64,000 bases of DNA from Eledone cirrhosa (lineage: Eukaryota). Of the stretch, positions 50,501 to 62,812 are shown piece by piece. The position numbers and the translations under genes were made by a program. Below the pieces are notes generated by a model. It saw nothing but the letters and a program-made list of their open reading frames with translations. It searched no databases and had not been told where the DNA came from. The stretch covers positions 11,346,001-11,410,000 of the forward strand of contig OZ024761.1 in the NCBI GenBank assembly GCA_964016885.1, read 5' to 3'. Every line of letters starts with the position of its first letter. Within the stretch, counting starts at the first letter, position 1.

Positions 50501-53500
50501 CTAGCTCCACAATCTATACCACGGTATTTAGCACCCTAGACTAGCTCTACAATCTATACCACAGTATTTAGCACCCTAGACTAGCTCTACAATCTATACC
50601 ACAGTATTTAGCACCCTAGACTAGCTCTACAATCTATACCAGGGTATTTAGTACCCTAGACTAGCTCTACAATCTATACCACAGTATTTAGCACCCTAGA
50701 CTAGCTCTACAATCTATACCACAGTATTTAGCAACCTAGACTAGCTCTACAATCTATACCAGGGTATTTAGTACCCTAGACTAGCTCTACAATCTATACC
50801 ACAGTATTTAGCACCCTAGACTAGCTCTACAATCTATACCAAAGTATTTAGCACCCTAGACTAGCTCTACAATCTATACCACAGTATTTAGCACCCTAGA
50901 CTAGCTCTACAATCTATACCACGGTATTTAGTACCCTAGACTAGCTCTACAATCTATACCACAGTATTTAGTACCCTAGACTAGCTCTACAATCTATACC
51001 ACGGTATTTAGTACCCTAGACTAGCTCTACAATCTATACCACAGTATTTAGCACCCTAGACTAGCTCTACAATCTATACCAGGCTATTTAGCACCCTAGA
51101 CTAGCTCTACAATCTATACCACAGTATTTAGCACCCTAGACTAGCTCTACAATCTATACCAGGGTATTTAGCACCCTAGACTAGCTCTACAATCTATACC
51201 ACAGTATTTAGCACCCTAGACTAGCTCTACAATCTATACCAGGGTATTTAGCACACTAGACTAGCTCTACAATCTATACCACAGTATTTAGCACCCTAGA
51301 CTAGCTCTACAATCTATACCAGGGTATTTAGCACCCTAGACAAGCTCTACAATCTATACCACAGTATTTAGCACCCTAGACTAGATCTACAATCTATACC
51401 AGGGTATTTAGCACCCTAGACTAGCTCTACAATCTATACCACAGTATTTAGCACCCTAGACTAGCTCTACAATCTATACCACAGTATTTAGCACCCTAGA
51501 CTAGCTCTACAATCTATACCAGGGTATTTCGTACCCTAGACTAGCTCTACAATCTATACCAGGTTATTTAGCACCCTAGACTAGCTCTACAATCTATACC
51601 ACAGTATTTAGCACCCTAGACTAGCTCTACAATCTATACCAGGGTATTTAGCACCCTAGACTAGCTCTACAATCTATACCACAGTATTTAGCACCCTAGA
51701 CTAGCTCTACAATCTATACCAGGGTATTTAGCACCCTAGACTAGCTCTACAATCTATACCACAGTATTTAGTACCCTAGACTAGCTCTACAATCTATACC
51801 ACAGTATTTAGTACCCTAGACTAGCTCTACAATCTATACCACAGTATTTAGTACCCTAGACTAGCTCTACAATCTATACCAGGGTATTTAGCACCCTAGA
51901 CTAGCTCTACAATCTATACCACAGTATTTAGTACACTAGACTAGCTCTACAATCTATACCACAGTATTTAGTACCCTAGACTAGCTCTGCAATCTATACC
52001 AGGGTATTTAGTACCCTAGACTAGCTCTACAATCTATACCACGGTATTTAGTACCCTAGACTAGCTCTACAATCTATACCACAGTATTTAGCACCCTAGA
52101 CTAGCTCTACAATCTATACCAGGGTATTTAGTACCCTAGACTAGCTCTACAATCTATACCACAGTATTTAGCACCCTAGACTAGCTCTACAATCTATACC
52201 ACAGTATTTAGCAACCTAGACTAGCTCTACAATCTATACCAGGGTATTTAGTACCCTAGACTAGCTCTACAATCTATACCACAGTATTTAGCACCCTAGA
52301 CTAGCTCTACAATCTATACCACAGTATTTAGCACCCTAGACTAGCTCTACAATCTATACCAGGGTATTTAGTACCCTAGACTAGCTCTACAATCTATACC
52401 ACAGTATTTAGCACCCTAGACTAGCTCTACAATCTATACCACGGTATTTAGTACCCTAGACTAGCTCTACAATCTATACCACAGTATTTAGCACCCTAGA
52501 CTAGCTCTACAATCTATACCAGGGTATTTAGTACCCTAGACTAGCTCTACAATCTATACCACGGTATTTAGTACCCTAGACGAGCTCTACAATCTATACC
52601 ACAGTATTTAGCACCCTAGACTAGCTCTACAATCTATACCAGGGTATTTAGCACCCTAGACTAGCTCTACAATCTATACCACAGTATTTAGCACCCTAGA
52701 CTAGCTCTACAATCTATACCAGGGTATTTAGCACCCTAGACTAGCTCTACAATCTATACCACAGTATTTAGCACCCTAGACTAGCTCTACAATCTATACC
52801 AGGGTATTTAGCACCCTAGACTAGCTCTACAATCTATACCACAGTATTTAGCACCCTAGACTAGCTCTACAATCTATACCAGGGTATTTAGCACCCTAGA
52901 CTAGCTCTACAATCTATACCACAGTATTTAGCACCCTAGACTAGCTCTACAATCTATACCAGGGTATTTAGCACCCTAGACTAGCTCTACAATCTATACC
53001 ACAGTATTTAGCACCCTAGACTAGCTCTACAATCTATACCAGGGTATTTAGCACCCTAGACTAGCTCTACAATCTATACCACAGTATTTAGTACCCTAGA
53101 CTAGCTCTACAATCTATACCACAGTATTTAGTACCCTAGACTAGCTCTACAATCTATACCACAGTATTTAGTACCCTAGACTAGCTCTACAATCTATACC
53201 ACAGTATTTAGTACCCTAGACTAGCTCTACAATCTATACCACAGTATTTAGCACCCTAGACTAGCTCTACAATCTATACCACAGTATTTAGTACCCTAGA
53301 CTAGCTCTACAATCTATACCACAGTATTTAGTACCCTAGACTAGCTCTACAATCTATACCACAGTATTTAGTACCCTAGACTAGCTCTACAATCTATACC
53401 ACTGTATTTAGTACCCTAGACTAGCTCTATAATCTATACCACAGTATTTAGTACCCTAGACTAGCTCTACAATCTATACCACAGTATTTAGTACCCTAGA

Positions 53501-56500
53501 CTAGCTCTACAATCTATACCACAGTATTCAGTACCCTAGACTAGCTCTACAATCTATACCACAGTATTTAGCACCCTAGACTAGCTCTACAATCTATACC
53601 ACAGTATTTAGCACCCTAGACTAGCTCTACAATCTATACCAGGGTATTTAGTACCCTAGACTAGCTCTACAATCTATACCACGGTATTTAGTACCCTAGA
53701 CTAGCTCTACAATCTATACCACAGTATTTAGCACCCTAGACTAGCTCTACAATCTATACCACAGTATTTAGCACCCTAGACTAGCTCTACAATCTCTACC
53801 ACAGTATTTAGCACCCGAGACAAGCTCTACAATCTATACCAGGGTATTTAGTACCCTAGACTAGCTCTACAATCTATACCACGGTATTTAGTACCCTAGA
53901 CTAGCTCTACAATCTATACCACAGTATTTAGCACCCTAGACTAGCTCTACAATCTATACCAGGCTATTTAGCACCCTAGACTAGCTCTACAATCTATACC
54001 ACAGTATTTAGCACCCTAGACTAGCTCTACAATCTATACCAGGGTATTTAGCACCCTAGACTAGCTCTACAATCTATACCACAGTATTTAGCACCCTAGA
54101 CTAGCTCTACAATCTATACCAGGGTATTTAGCACACTAGACTAGCTCTACAATCTATACCACAGTATTTAGCACCCTAGACTAGCTCTACAATCTATACC
54201 AGGGTATTTAGCACCCTAGACAAGCTCTACAATCTATACCACAGTATTTAGCATCCTAGACTAGCTCTACAATCTATACCAGGGTATTTAGCACCCTAGA
54301 CTAGCTCTACAATCTATACCACAGTATTTAGCACCCTAGACTAGCTCTACAATCTATACCAGGGTATTTAGCACCCTAGACTAGCTCTACAATCTATACC
54401 ACAGTATTTAGCACCCTAGACTAGCTCTACAATCTATACCAGGGTATTTAGCACCCTAGACTAGCTCTACAATCTATACCACAGTATTTAGTACCCTAGA
54501 CTAGCTCTACAATCTATACCACAGTATTTAGTACCCTAGACTAGCTCTACAATCTATACCACAGTATTTAGTACCCTAGACTAGCTCTACAATCTATACC
54601 AGGGTATTTAGCACCCTAGACTAGCTCTACAATCTATACCACAGTATTTAGTACACTAGACTAGCTCTACAATCTATACCACAGTATTTAGTACCCTAGA
54701 CTAGCTCTGCAATCTATACCAGGGTATTTAGTACCCTAGACTAGCTCTACAATCTATACCACGGTATTTAGTACCCTAGACTAGCTCTACAATCTATACC
54801 ACAGTATTTAGCACCCTAGACTAGCTCTACAATCTATACCAGGGTATTTAGTACCCTAGACTAGCTCTACAATCTATACCACAGTATTTAGCACCCTAGA
54901 CTAGCTCTACAATCTATACCACAGTATTTAGCAACCTAGACTAGCTCTACAATCTATACCAGGGTATTTAGTACCCTAGACTAGCTCTACAATCTATACC
55001 ACAGTATTTAGCACCCTAGACTAGCTCTACAATCTATACCACAGTATTTAGCACCCTAGACTAGCTCTGCAATCTATACCAGGGTATTTAGTACCCTAGA
55101 CTAGCTCTACAATCTATACCACAGTATTTAGCAGCCTAGACTAGCTCTACAATCTATACCACGGTATTTAGTACCCTAGACTAGCTCTACAATCTATACC
55201 ACAGTATTTAGCACCCTAGACTAGCTCTACAATCTATACCAGGGTATTTAGTACCCTAGACTAGCTCTACAATCTATACCACGGTATTTAGTACCCTAGA
55301 CGAGCTCTACAATCTATACCACAGTATTTAGCACCCTAGACTAGCTCTACAATCTATACCAGGGTATTTAGCACCCTAGACTAGCTCTACAATCTATACC
55401 ACAGTATTTAGCACCCTAGACTAGCTCTACAATCTATACCAGGGTATTTAGCACCCTAGACTAGCTCTACAATCTATACCACAGTATTTAGCACCCTAGA
55501 CTAGCTCTACAATCTATACCAGGGTATTTAGCACCCTAGACTAGCTCTACAATCTATACCACAGTATTTAGCACCCTAGACTAGCTCTACAATCTATACC
55601 AGGGTATTTAGCACCCTAGACTAGCTCTACAATCTATACCACAGTATTTAGCACCCTAGACTAGCTCTACAATCTATACCAGGGTATTTAGCACCCTAGA
55701 CTAGCTCTACAATCTATACCACAGTATTTAGCACCCTAGACTAGCTCTACAATCTATACCAGGGTATTTAGCACCCTAGACTAGCTCTACAATCTATACC
55801 ACAGTATTTAGTACCCTAGACTAGCTCTACAATCTATACCACAGTATTTAGTACCCTAGACTAGCTCTACAATCTATACCACAGTATTTAGTACCCTAGA
55901 CTAGCTCTACAATCTATACCACAGTATTTAGTACCCTAGACTAGCTCTACAATCTATACCACAGTATTTAGTACCCTAGACTAGCTCTACAATCTATACC
56001 ACAGTATTTAGTACCCTAGACTAGCTCTACAATCTATACCACAGTATTTAGTACCCTAGACTAGCTCTACAATCTATACCACTGTATTTAGTACCCTAGA
56101 CTAGCTCTATAATCTATACCACAGTATTTAGTACCCTAGACTAGCTCTACAATCTATACCACAGTATTTAGTACCCTAGACTAGCTCTACAATCTATACC
56201 ACAGTATTTAGTACCCTAGACTAGCTCTACAATCTATACCAGTATTTAGCACCCTAGACTAGCTCTACAATCTATACCACAGTATTTAGCACCCTAGACG
56301 AGCTCTACAATCTATACCAGGGTATTTAGTACCCTAGACTAGCTCTACAATCTATACCACGGTATTTAGTACCCTAGACTAGCTCTACAATCTATACCAC
56401 AGTATTTAGCACCCTAGACTAGCTCTACAATCTATACCACAGTATTTAGCACCCTAGACTAGCTCTACAATCTCTACCACAGTATTTAGCACCCTAGACA

Positions 56501-59500
56501 AGCTCTACAATCTATACCAGGGTATTTAGTACCCTAGACTAGCTCTACAATCTATACCACGGTATTTAGTACCCTAGACTAGCTCTACAATCTATACCAC
56601 AGTATTTAGCACCCTAGACTAGCTCTACAATCTATACCAGGGTATTTAGTACCCTAGACTAGCTCTACAATCTATACCACGGTATTTAGTACCCTAGACT
56701 AGCTCTACAATCTATACCACAGTATTTAGTACCCTAGACTAGCTCTACAATCTATACCACAGTATTTAGCACCCTAGACTAGCTCTACAATCTATACCAC
56801 AGTATTTAGTACCCTAGACTAGCTCTACAATCTATACCACAGTATTTAGCACCCTAGACTAGCTCTACAATCTATACCACAGTATTTAGCACCCTAGACT
56901 AGCTCTACAATCTATACCAGGGTATTTAGTACCCTAGACTAGCTCTACAATCTATACCACGGTATTTAGTACCCTAGACTAGCTCTACAATCTATACCAC
57001 AGTATTTAGCACCCTAGACTAGCTCTACAATCTATACCAGGGTATTTAGTACCCTAGACTAGCTCTACAATCTATACCACGGTATTTAGTACCCTAGACT
57101 AGCTCTACAATCTATACCACAGTATTTAGCACCCTAGACTAGCTCTACAATCTATACCAGGGTATTTAGTACCCTAGACTAGCTCTACAATCTATACCAC
57201 GGTATTTAGTACCCTAGACTAGCTCTACAATCTATACCACAGTATTTAGCACCCTAGACTAGCTCTACAATCTATACCACAGTATTTAGCACCCTAGACT
57301 AGCTCTACAATCTATACCACAGTATTTAGCACCCTAGACTAGCTCTACAATCTATACCAGGGTATTTCGTACCCTAGACTAGCTCTACAATCTATACCAG
57401 GTTATTTAGCACCCTAGACTAGCTCTACAATCTATACCACAGTATTTAGCACCCTAGACTAGCTCTACAATCTATACCAGGGTATTTAGTACCCTAGACT
57501 AGCTCTACAATCTATACCACAGTATTTAGCACCCTAGACTAGCTCTACAATCTATACCACAGTATTTAGCACCCTAGACTAGCTCTACAATCTATACCAG
57601 GGTATTTAGCACCCTAGACTAGCTCTACAATCTATACCACGGTATTTAGCACCCTAGACTAGCTCTACAATCTATACCAGGGTATTTAGTACCCTAGACT
57701 AGCTCTACAATCTATACCACGGTATTTAGTACCCTAGACTAGCTCTACAATCTATACCACAGTATTTAGCACCCTAGACTAGCTCTACAATCTATACCAG
57801 GGTATTTAGTACCCTAGACTAGCTCTACAATCTATACCAGGGTATTTAGTACCCTAGACTAGCTCTACAATCTATACCACAGTATTTAGTACCCTAGACT
57901 AGCTCTACAATCTATACCACGGTATTTAGTACCCTAGACTAGCTCTACAATCTATACCACAGTATTTAGCACCCTAGACTAGCTCTACAATCTATACCAC
58001 AGTATTTAGCACCCTAGACTAGCTCTACAATCTATACCACAGTATTTAGCACCCTAGACTAGCTCTACAATCTATACCAGGGTATTTAGTACCCTAGACT
58101 AGCTCTACAATCTATACCACGGTATTTAGTACCCTAGACTAGCTCTACAATCTATACCACAGTATTTAGCACCCTAGACTAGCTCTACAATCTATACCAG
58201 GGTATTTAGTACCCTAGACTAGCTCTACAATCTATACCAGGGTATTTAGTACCCTAGACTAGCTCTACAATCTATACCACAGTATTTAGCACCCTAGACT
58301 AGCTCTACAATCTATACCAGGGTATTTAGTACCCTAGACTAGCTCTACAATCTATACCACAGTATTTAGCACCCTAGACTAGCTCTACAATCTATACCAG
58401 GGTATTTAGTACCCTAGACTAGCTCTACAATCTATACCAGGGTATTTAGTACCCTAGACTAGCTCTACAATCTATACCACAGTATTTAGCACCCTAGACT
58501 AGCTCTACAATCTATACCACAGTATTTAGCACCCTAGACTAGCTCTACAATCTATACCACAGTATTTAGCACCCTAGACTAGCTCTACAATCTATACCAC
58601 AGTATTTAGCACCCTAGACTAGCTCTACAATCTATACCAGGGTATTTAGTACCCTAGACTAGCTCTACAATCTATACCAGGGTATTTAGTACCCTAGACT
58701 AGCTCTACAATCTATACCAGGGTATTTAGTACCCTAGACTAGCTCTACAATCTATACCAGGGTATTTAGTACCCTAGACTAGCTCTACAATCTATACCAC
58801 GGTATTTAGCACCCTAGACTAGCTCTACAATCTATACCACAGTATTTAGCACCCTAGACTAGCTCTACAATCTATACCAGGGTATTTAGTACCCTAGACT
58901 AGCTCTACAATCTATACCAGGGTATTTAGCACCCTAGACTAGCTCTACAATCTATACCAGGGTATTTAGTACCCTAGACTAGCTCTACAATCTATACCAC
59001 AGTATTTAGCACCCTAGACTAGCTCTACAATCTATACCAGGGTATTTAGTACCCTAGACTAGCTCTACAATCTATACCACAGTATTTAGCACCCTAGACT
59101 AGCTCTACAATCTATACCAGGGTATTTAGTACCCTAGACTAGCTCTACAATCTATACCAGGGTATTTAGCACCCTAGACTAGCTCTACAATCTATACCAC
59201 AGTATTTAGCACCCTAGACTAGCTCTACATTCTATACCACAGTATTTAGCACCCTAGACTAGCTCTACAATCTATACCAGGGTACTTAGTACCCTAGACT
59301 AGCTCTACAATCTATACCAGGGTATTTAGTACCCTAGACTAGCTCTGCAATCTATACCAGGGTATTTAGTACCCTAGACTAGCTCTACAATCTATACCAG
59401 GGTATTTAGTACCCTAGACTAGCTCTACAATCTATACCACAGTATTTAGCACCCTAGACTAGCTCTACAATCTATACCAGGGTATTTAGTACCCTAGACT

Positions 59501-61737
59501 AGCTCTACAATCTATACCACGGTATTTAGTACCCTAGACTAGCTCTACAATCTATACCACAGTATTTAGCACCCTAGACTAGCTCTACAATCTATACCAC
59601 AGTATTTAGCACCCTAGACTAGCTCTACAATCTATACCAGGGTATTTCGTACCCTAGACTAGCTCTACAATCTATACCAGGGTATTTAGCACCCTAGACT
59701 AGCTCTACAATCTATACCACAGTATTTAGCACCCTAGACTAGCTCTACAATCTATACCAGGGTATTTAGTACCCTAGACTAGCTCTACAATCTATACCAC
59801 AGTATTTAGCACCCTAGACTAGCTCTACAATCTATACCACAGTATTTAGCACCCTAGACTAGCTCTACAATCTATACCAGGGTATTTAGCACCCTAGACT
59901 AGCTCTACAATCTATACCACGGTATTTAGCACCCTAGACTAGCTCTACAATCTATACCAGGGTATTTAGTACCCTAGACTAGCTCTACAATCTATACCAC
60001 GGTATTTAGTACCCTAGACTAGCTCTACAATCTATACCACAGTATTTAGCACCCTAGACTAGCTCTACAATCTATACCAGGGTATTTAGTACCCTAGACT
60101 AGCTCTACAATCTATACCAGGGTATTTAGTACCCTAGACTAGCTCTACAATCTATACCACAGTATTTAGTACCCTAGACTAGCTCTACAATCTATACCAC
60201 GGTATTTAGTACCCTAGACTAGCTCTACAATCTATACCACAGTATTTAGCACCCTAGACTAGCTCTACAATCTATACCACAGTATTTAGCACCCTAGACT
60301 AGCTCTACAATCTATACCACAGTATTTAGCACCCTAGACTAGCTCTACAATCTATACCAGGGTATTTAGTACCCTAGACTAGCTCTACAATCTATACCAC
60401 GGTATTTAGTACCCTAGACTAGCTCTACAATCTATACCACAGTATTTAGCACCCTAGACTAGCTCTACAATCTATACCAGGGTATTTAGTACCCTAGACT
60501 AGCTCTACAATCTATACCAGGGTATTTAGTACCCTAGACTAGCTCTACAATCTATACCACAGTATTTAGCACCCTAGACTAGCTCTACAATCTATACCAG
60601 GGTATTTAGTACCCTAGACTAGCTCTACAATCTATACCACAGTATTTAGCACCCTAGACTAGCTCTACAATCTATACCAGGGTATTTAGTACCCTAGACT
60701 AGCTCTACAATCTATACCAGGGTATTTAGTACCCTAGACTAGCTCTACAATCTATACCACAGTATTTAGCACCCTAGACTAGCTCTACAATCTATACCAC
60801 AGTATTTAGCACCCTAGACTAGCTCTACAATCTATACCACAGTATTTAGCACCCTAGACTAGCTCTACAATCTATACCACAGTATTTAGCACCCTAGACT
60901 AGCTCTACAATCTATACCAGGGTATTTAGTACCCTAGACTAGCTCTACAATCTATACCAGGGTATTTAGTACCCTAGACTAGCTCTACAATCTATACCAG
61001 GGTATTTAGTACCCTAGACTAGCTCTACAATCTATACCAGGGTATTTAGTACTCTAGACTAGCTCTACAATCTATACCACGGTATTTAGCACCCTAGACT
61101 AGCTCTACAATCTATACCACAGTATTTAGCACCCTAGACTAGCTCTACAATCTATACCAGGGTATTTAGTACCCTAGACTAGCTCTACAATCTATACCAG
61201 GGTATTTAGCACCCTAGACTAGCTCTACAATCTATACCAGGGTATTTAGTACCCTAGACTAGCTCTACAATCTATACCACAGTATTTAGCACCCTAGACT
61301 AGCTCTACAATCTATACCAGGGTATTTAGTACCCTAGACTAGCTCTACAATCTATACCACAGTATTTAGCACCCTAGACTAGCTCTACAATCTATACCAG
61401 GGTATTTAGTACCCTAGACTAGCTCTACAATCTATACCAGGGTATTTAGCACCCTAGACTAGCTCTACAATCTATACCACAGTATTTAGCACCCTAGACT
61501 AGCTCTACATTCTATACCACAGTATTTAGCACCCTAGACTAGCTCTACAATCTATACCAGGGTATTTAGTACCCTAGACTAGCTCTACAATCTATACCAG
61601 GGTATTTAGTACCCTAGACTAGCTCTGCAATCTATACCAGGGTATTTAGTACCCTAGACTAGCTCTACAATCTATACCAGGGTATTTAGTACCCTAGACT
61701 AGCTCTACAATCTATACCACAGTATTTAGCACCCTAG
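20534..61737. repeat. 40-bp tandem satellite, ~1030 copies, consensus A(C/G)(A/G)GTATTTAG(C/T)ACCCTAGACTAGCTCTACAATCTATACC
   Basis: Uninterrupted head-to-tail array of 41,204 bp in one orientation; main variants are ACAG/ACGG/AGGG and GCAC/GTAC. Confidence 0.99.
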
Positions 61738-62073
61738 GCTATGATGTAAAAACGTTGATGATGATGACAATAATGTAGAATCTCCCACAATGACTTGTTT
61801 GGTCAATCGTGTCCTCGTAACAATGGGTTCTATTCAATAATTTGCTGTGTAACTTCCCACAGCACAACAGAGCACAATAGATATCAATAGACAAGTCTTA
61901 TTGATCTGTATAGATTTGTATAGATCTTTGTAGTACCCTGTTTTTTCTTATTTCAACCTAGTTGCTTCTTCTTTGGTCTACCACTCCGGACATTGTAATA
62001 CATCAACTGGAGTGGTTTGTACTTTTAACTGTTGCTTTTATAATACTTAACTCTTCCTTCCTGGGGGCTCTTG

Positions 62074-62126
<53 letters not shown>

Positions 62127-62241
62127 GCTGCTGCTGCTGTTACTACTACTACTACCACAACCACCACCACCACTACTACTACTACTACCATCAGTAGTAG
62201 TAGTGGTGGTTGTGGTGGTAGTAGTAGTAGTAGTGGTGGTT

Positions 62242-62285
<44 letters not shown>

Positions 62286-62307
62286 TGTGGTAGTGGTAGT
62301 AGTAGTG
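62074..62307. repeat. (CTA/CCA)n followed by complementary (GTA/GTG)n trinucleotide microsatellite
   Basis: Read directly; strand switch at ~62191. Confidence 0.95.
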
Positions 62308-62320
62308 ATTATAGCAAACA

Positions 62321-62573
62321 TGTCTAACCTTTTCTGGCAGAGAAAATGGATGTTAAATGGTGGTGATGATGATGATGATGATGATGATGGTAGTGGTGAT
62401 AGTAATGGTGGTGGTGATGATGGTGTAGTGGTGATGATGGTGGTGTCAGTGGTGTTAATAGTAATGGTGGTGGTGGTGATGGTGGTGGTGGTGTGGTAGT
62501 AGTGGTGATAGTAATGATGCTGATGGTGTTTGTGGTGTTTGTGGTGATAGTAATGGTGGTGGTGGTGATGATG
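62321..62573 (+). mobile_element. Decayed RTE/RTE-SINE 3' end with expanded (GAT/GGT)n tail
   Basis: TGTCTAACCTTTTCTGGCAGAGAAAATGGATGTTAAATGGTGGTGATGAT aligns by eye with the RTE-A end CGTCTAACCCATGCTAGCGTGGAAGAACGGACGTAAAACGGTGATGAT. Confidence 0.6.
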
Positions 62574-62637
62574 TCTTTTAAATTCCCCAATTTATAACTT
62601 CATTCTCTTCTCTTCTCCCTCTTTCATCCTCCTGTAG

Positions 62638-62759
62638 ATGAGAGCAATGTCCTCGCAGCTGATTCCAACAGTCCCAAACAGACATTTGTCCCCTGTAAAG
62701 TATGTGGGGATAGAGCTTCAGGCTACCATTATGGAGTAACATCGTGTGAAGGTTGCAAG
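62638..62759 (+). CDS. E78: Exon of a nuclear receptor, E78/NR1E-like; first C4 zinc finger of the DNA-binding domain
   Basis: Long polypyrimidine tract and AG (62636-62637); 122 bp reading [41 protein letters not shown]; donor GTAAGT at 62760 right after CEGCK, a common NR1 intron position. FVPCKVCGD(K/R)[15 protein letters not shown] is the E78 sequence as I know it. Absent from the ORF track. Confidence 0.9.
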
Positions 62760-62788
62760 GTAAGTCACTGAAAATAGACTGAAGTGAT

Positions 62789-62812
62789 TTAACCCTTTAG
62801 CATTTAAACTGG
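62789..62812 (+). mobile_element. piggyBac-like MITE end (TTAA + CCCTTTAGCATTTAAAC)
   Basis: TTAA followed by CCC is the piggyBac target/terminus pattern; the partner end is not in the window. Confidence 0.5.

Noticed and set aside
20534-61737. CRISPR array
   Set aside because: Contiguous monomers with no unique spacers, no cas genes, eukaryotic context.
20534-61737. Telomeric repeat or coding repeat
   Set aside because: Only one CCCTAG per 40 bp rather than tandem CCCTAA; the unit is not a multiple of 3 and the ORF track lists no ORF within the array.
61883-61905. Short hairpin ATCAATAGAC-AA-GTCTTATTGAT
   Set aside because: Short, AT-rich, imperfect, with no supporting context.
61962-62590. 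Poly-Thr/Val/Leu/His ORFs
   Set aside because: Trinucleotide microsatellite translations.
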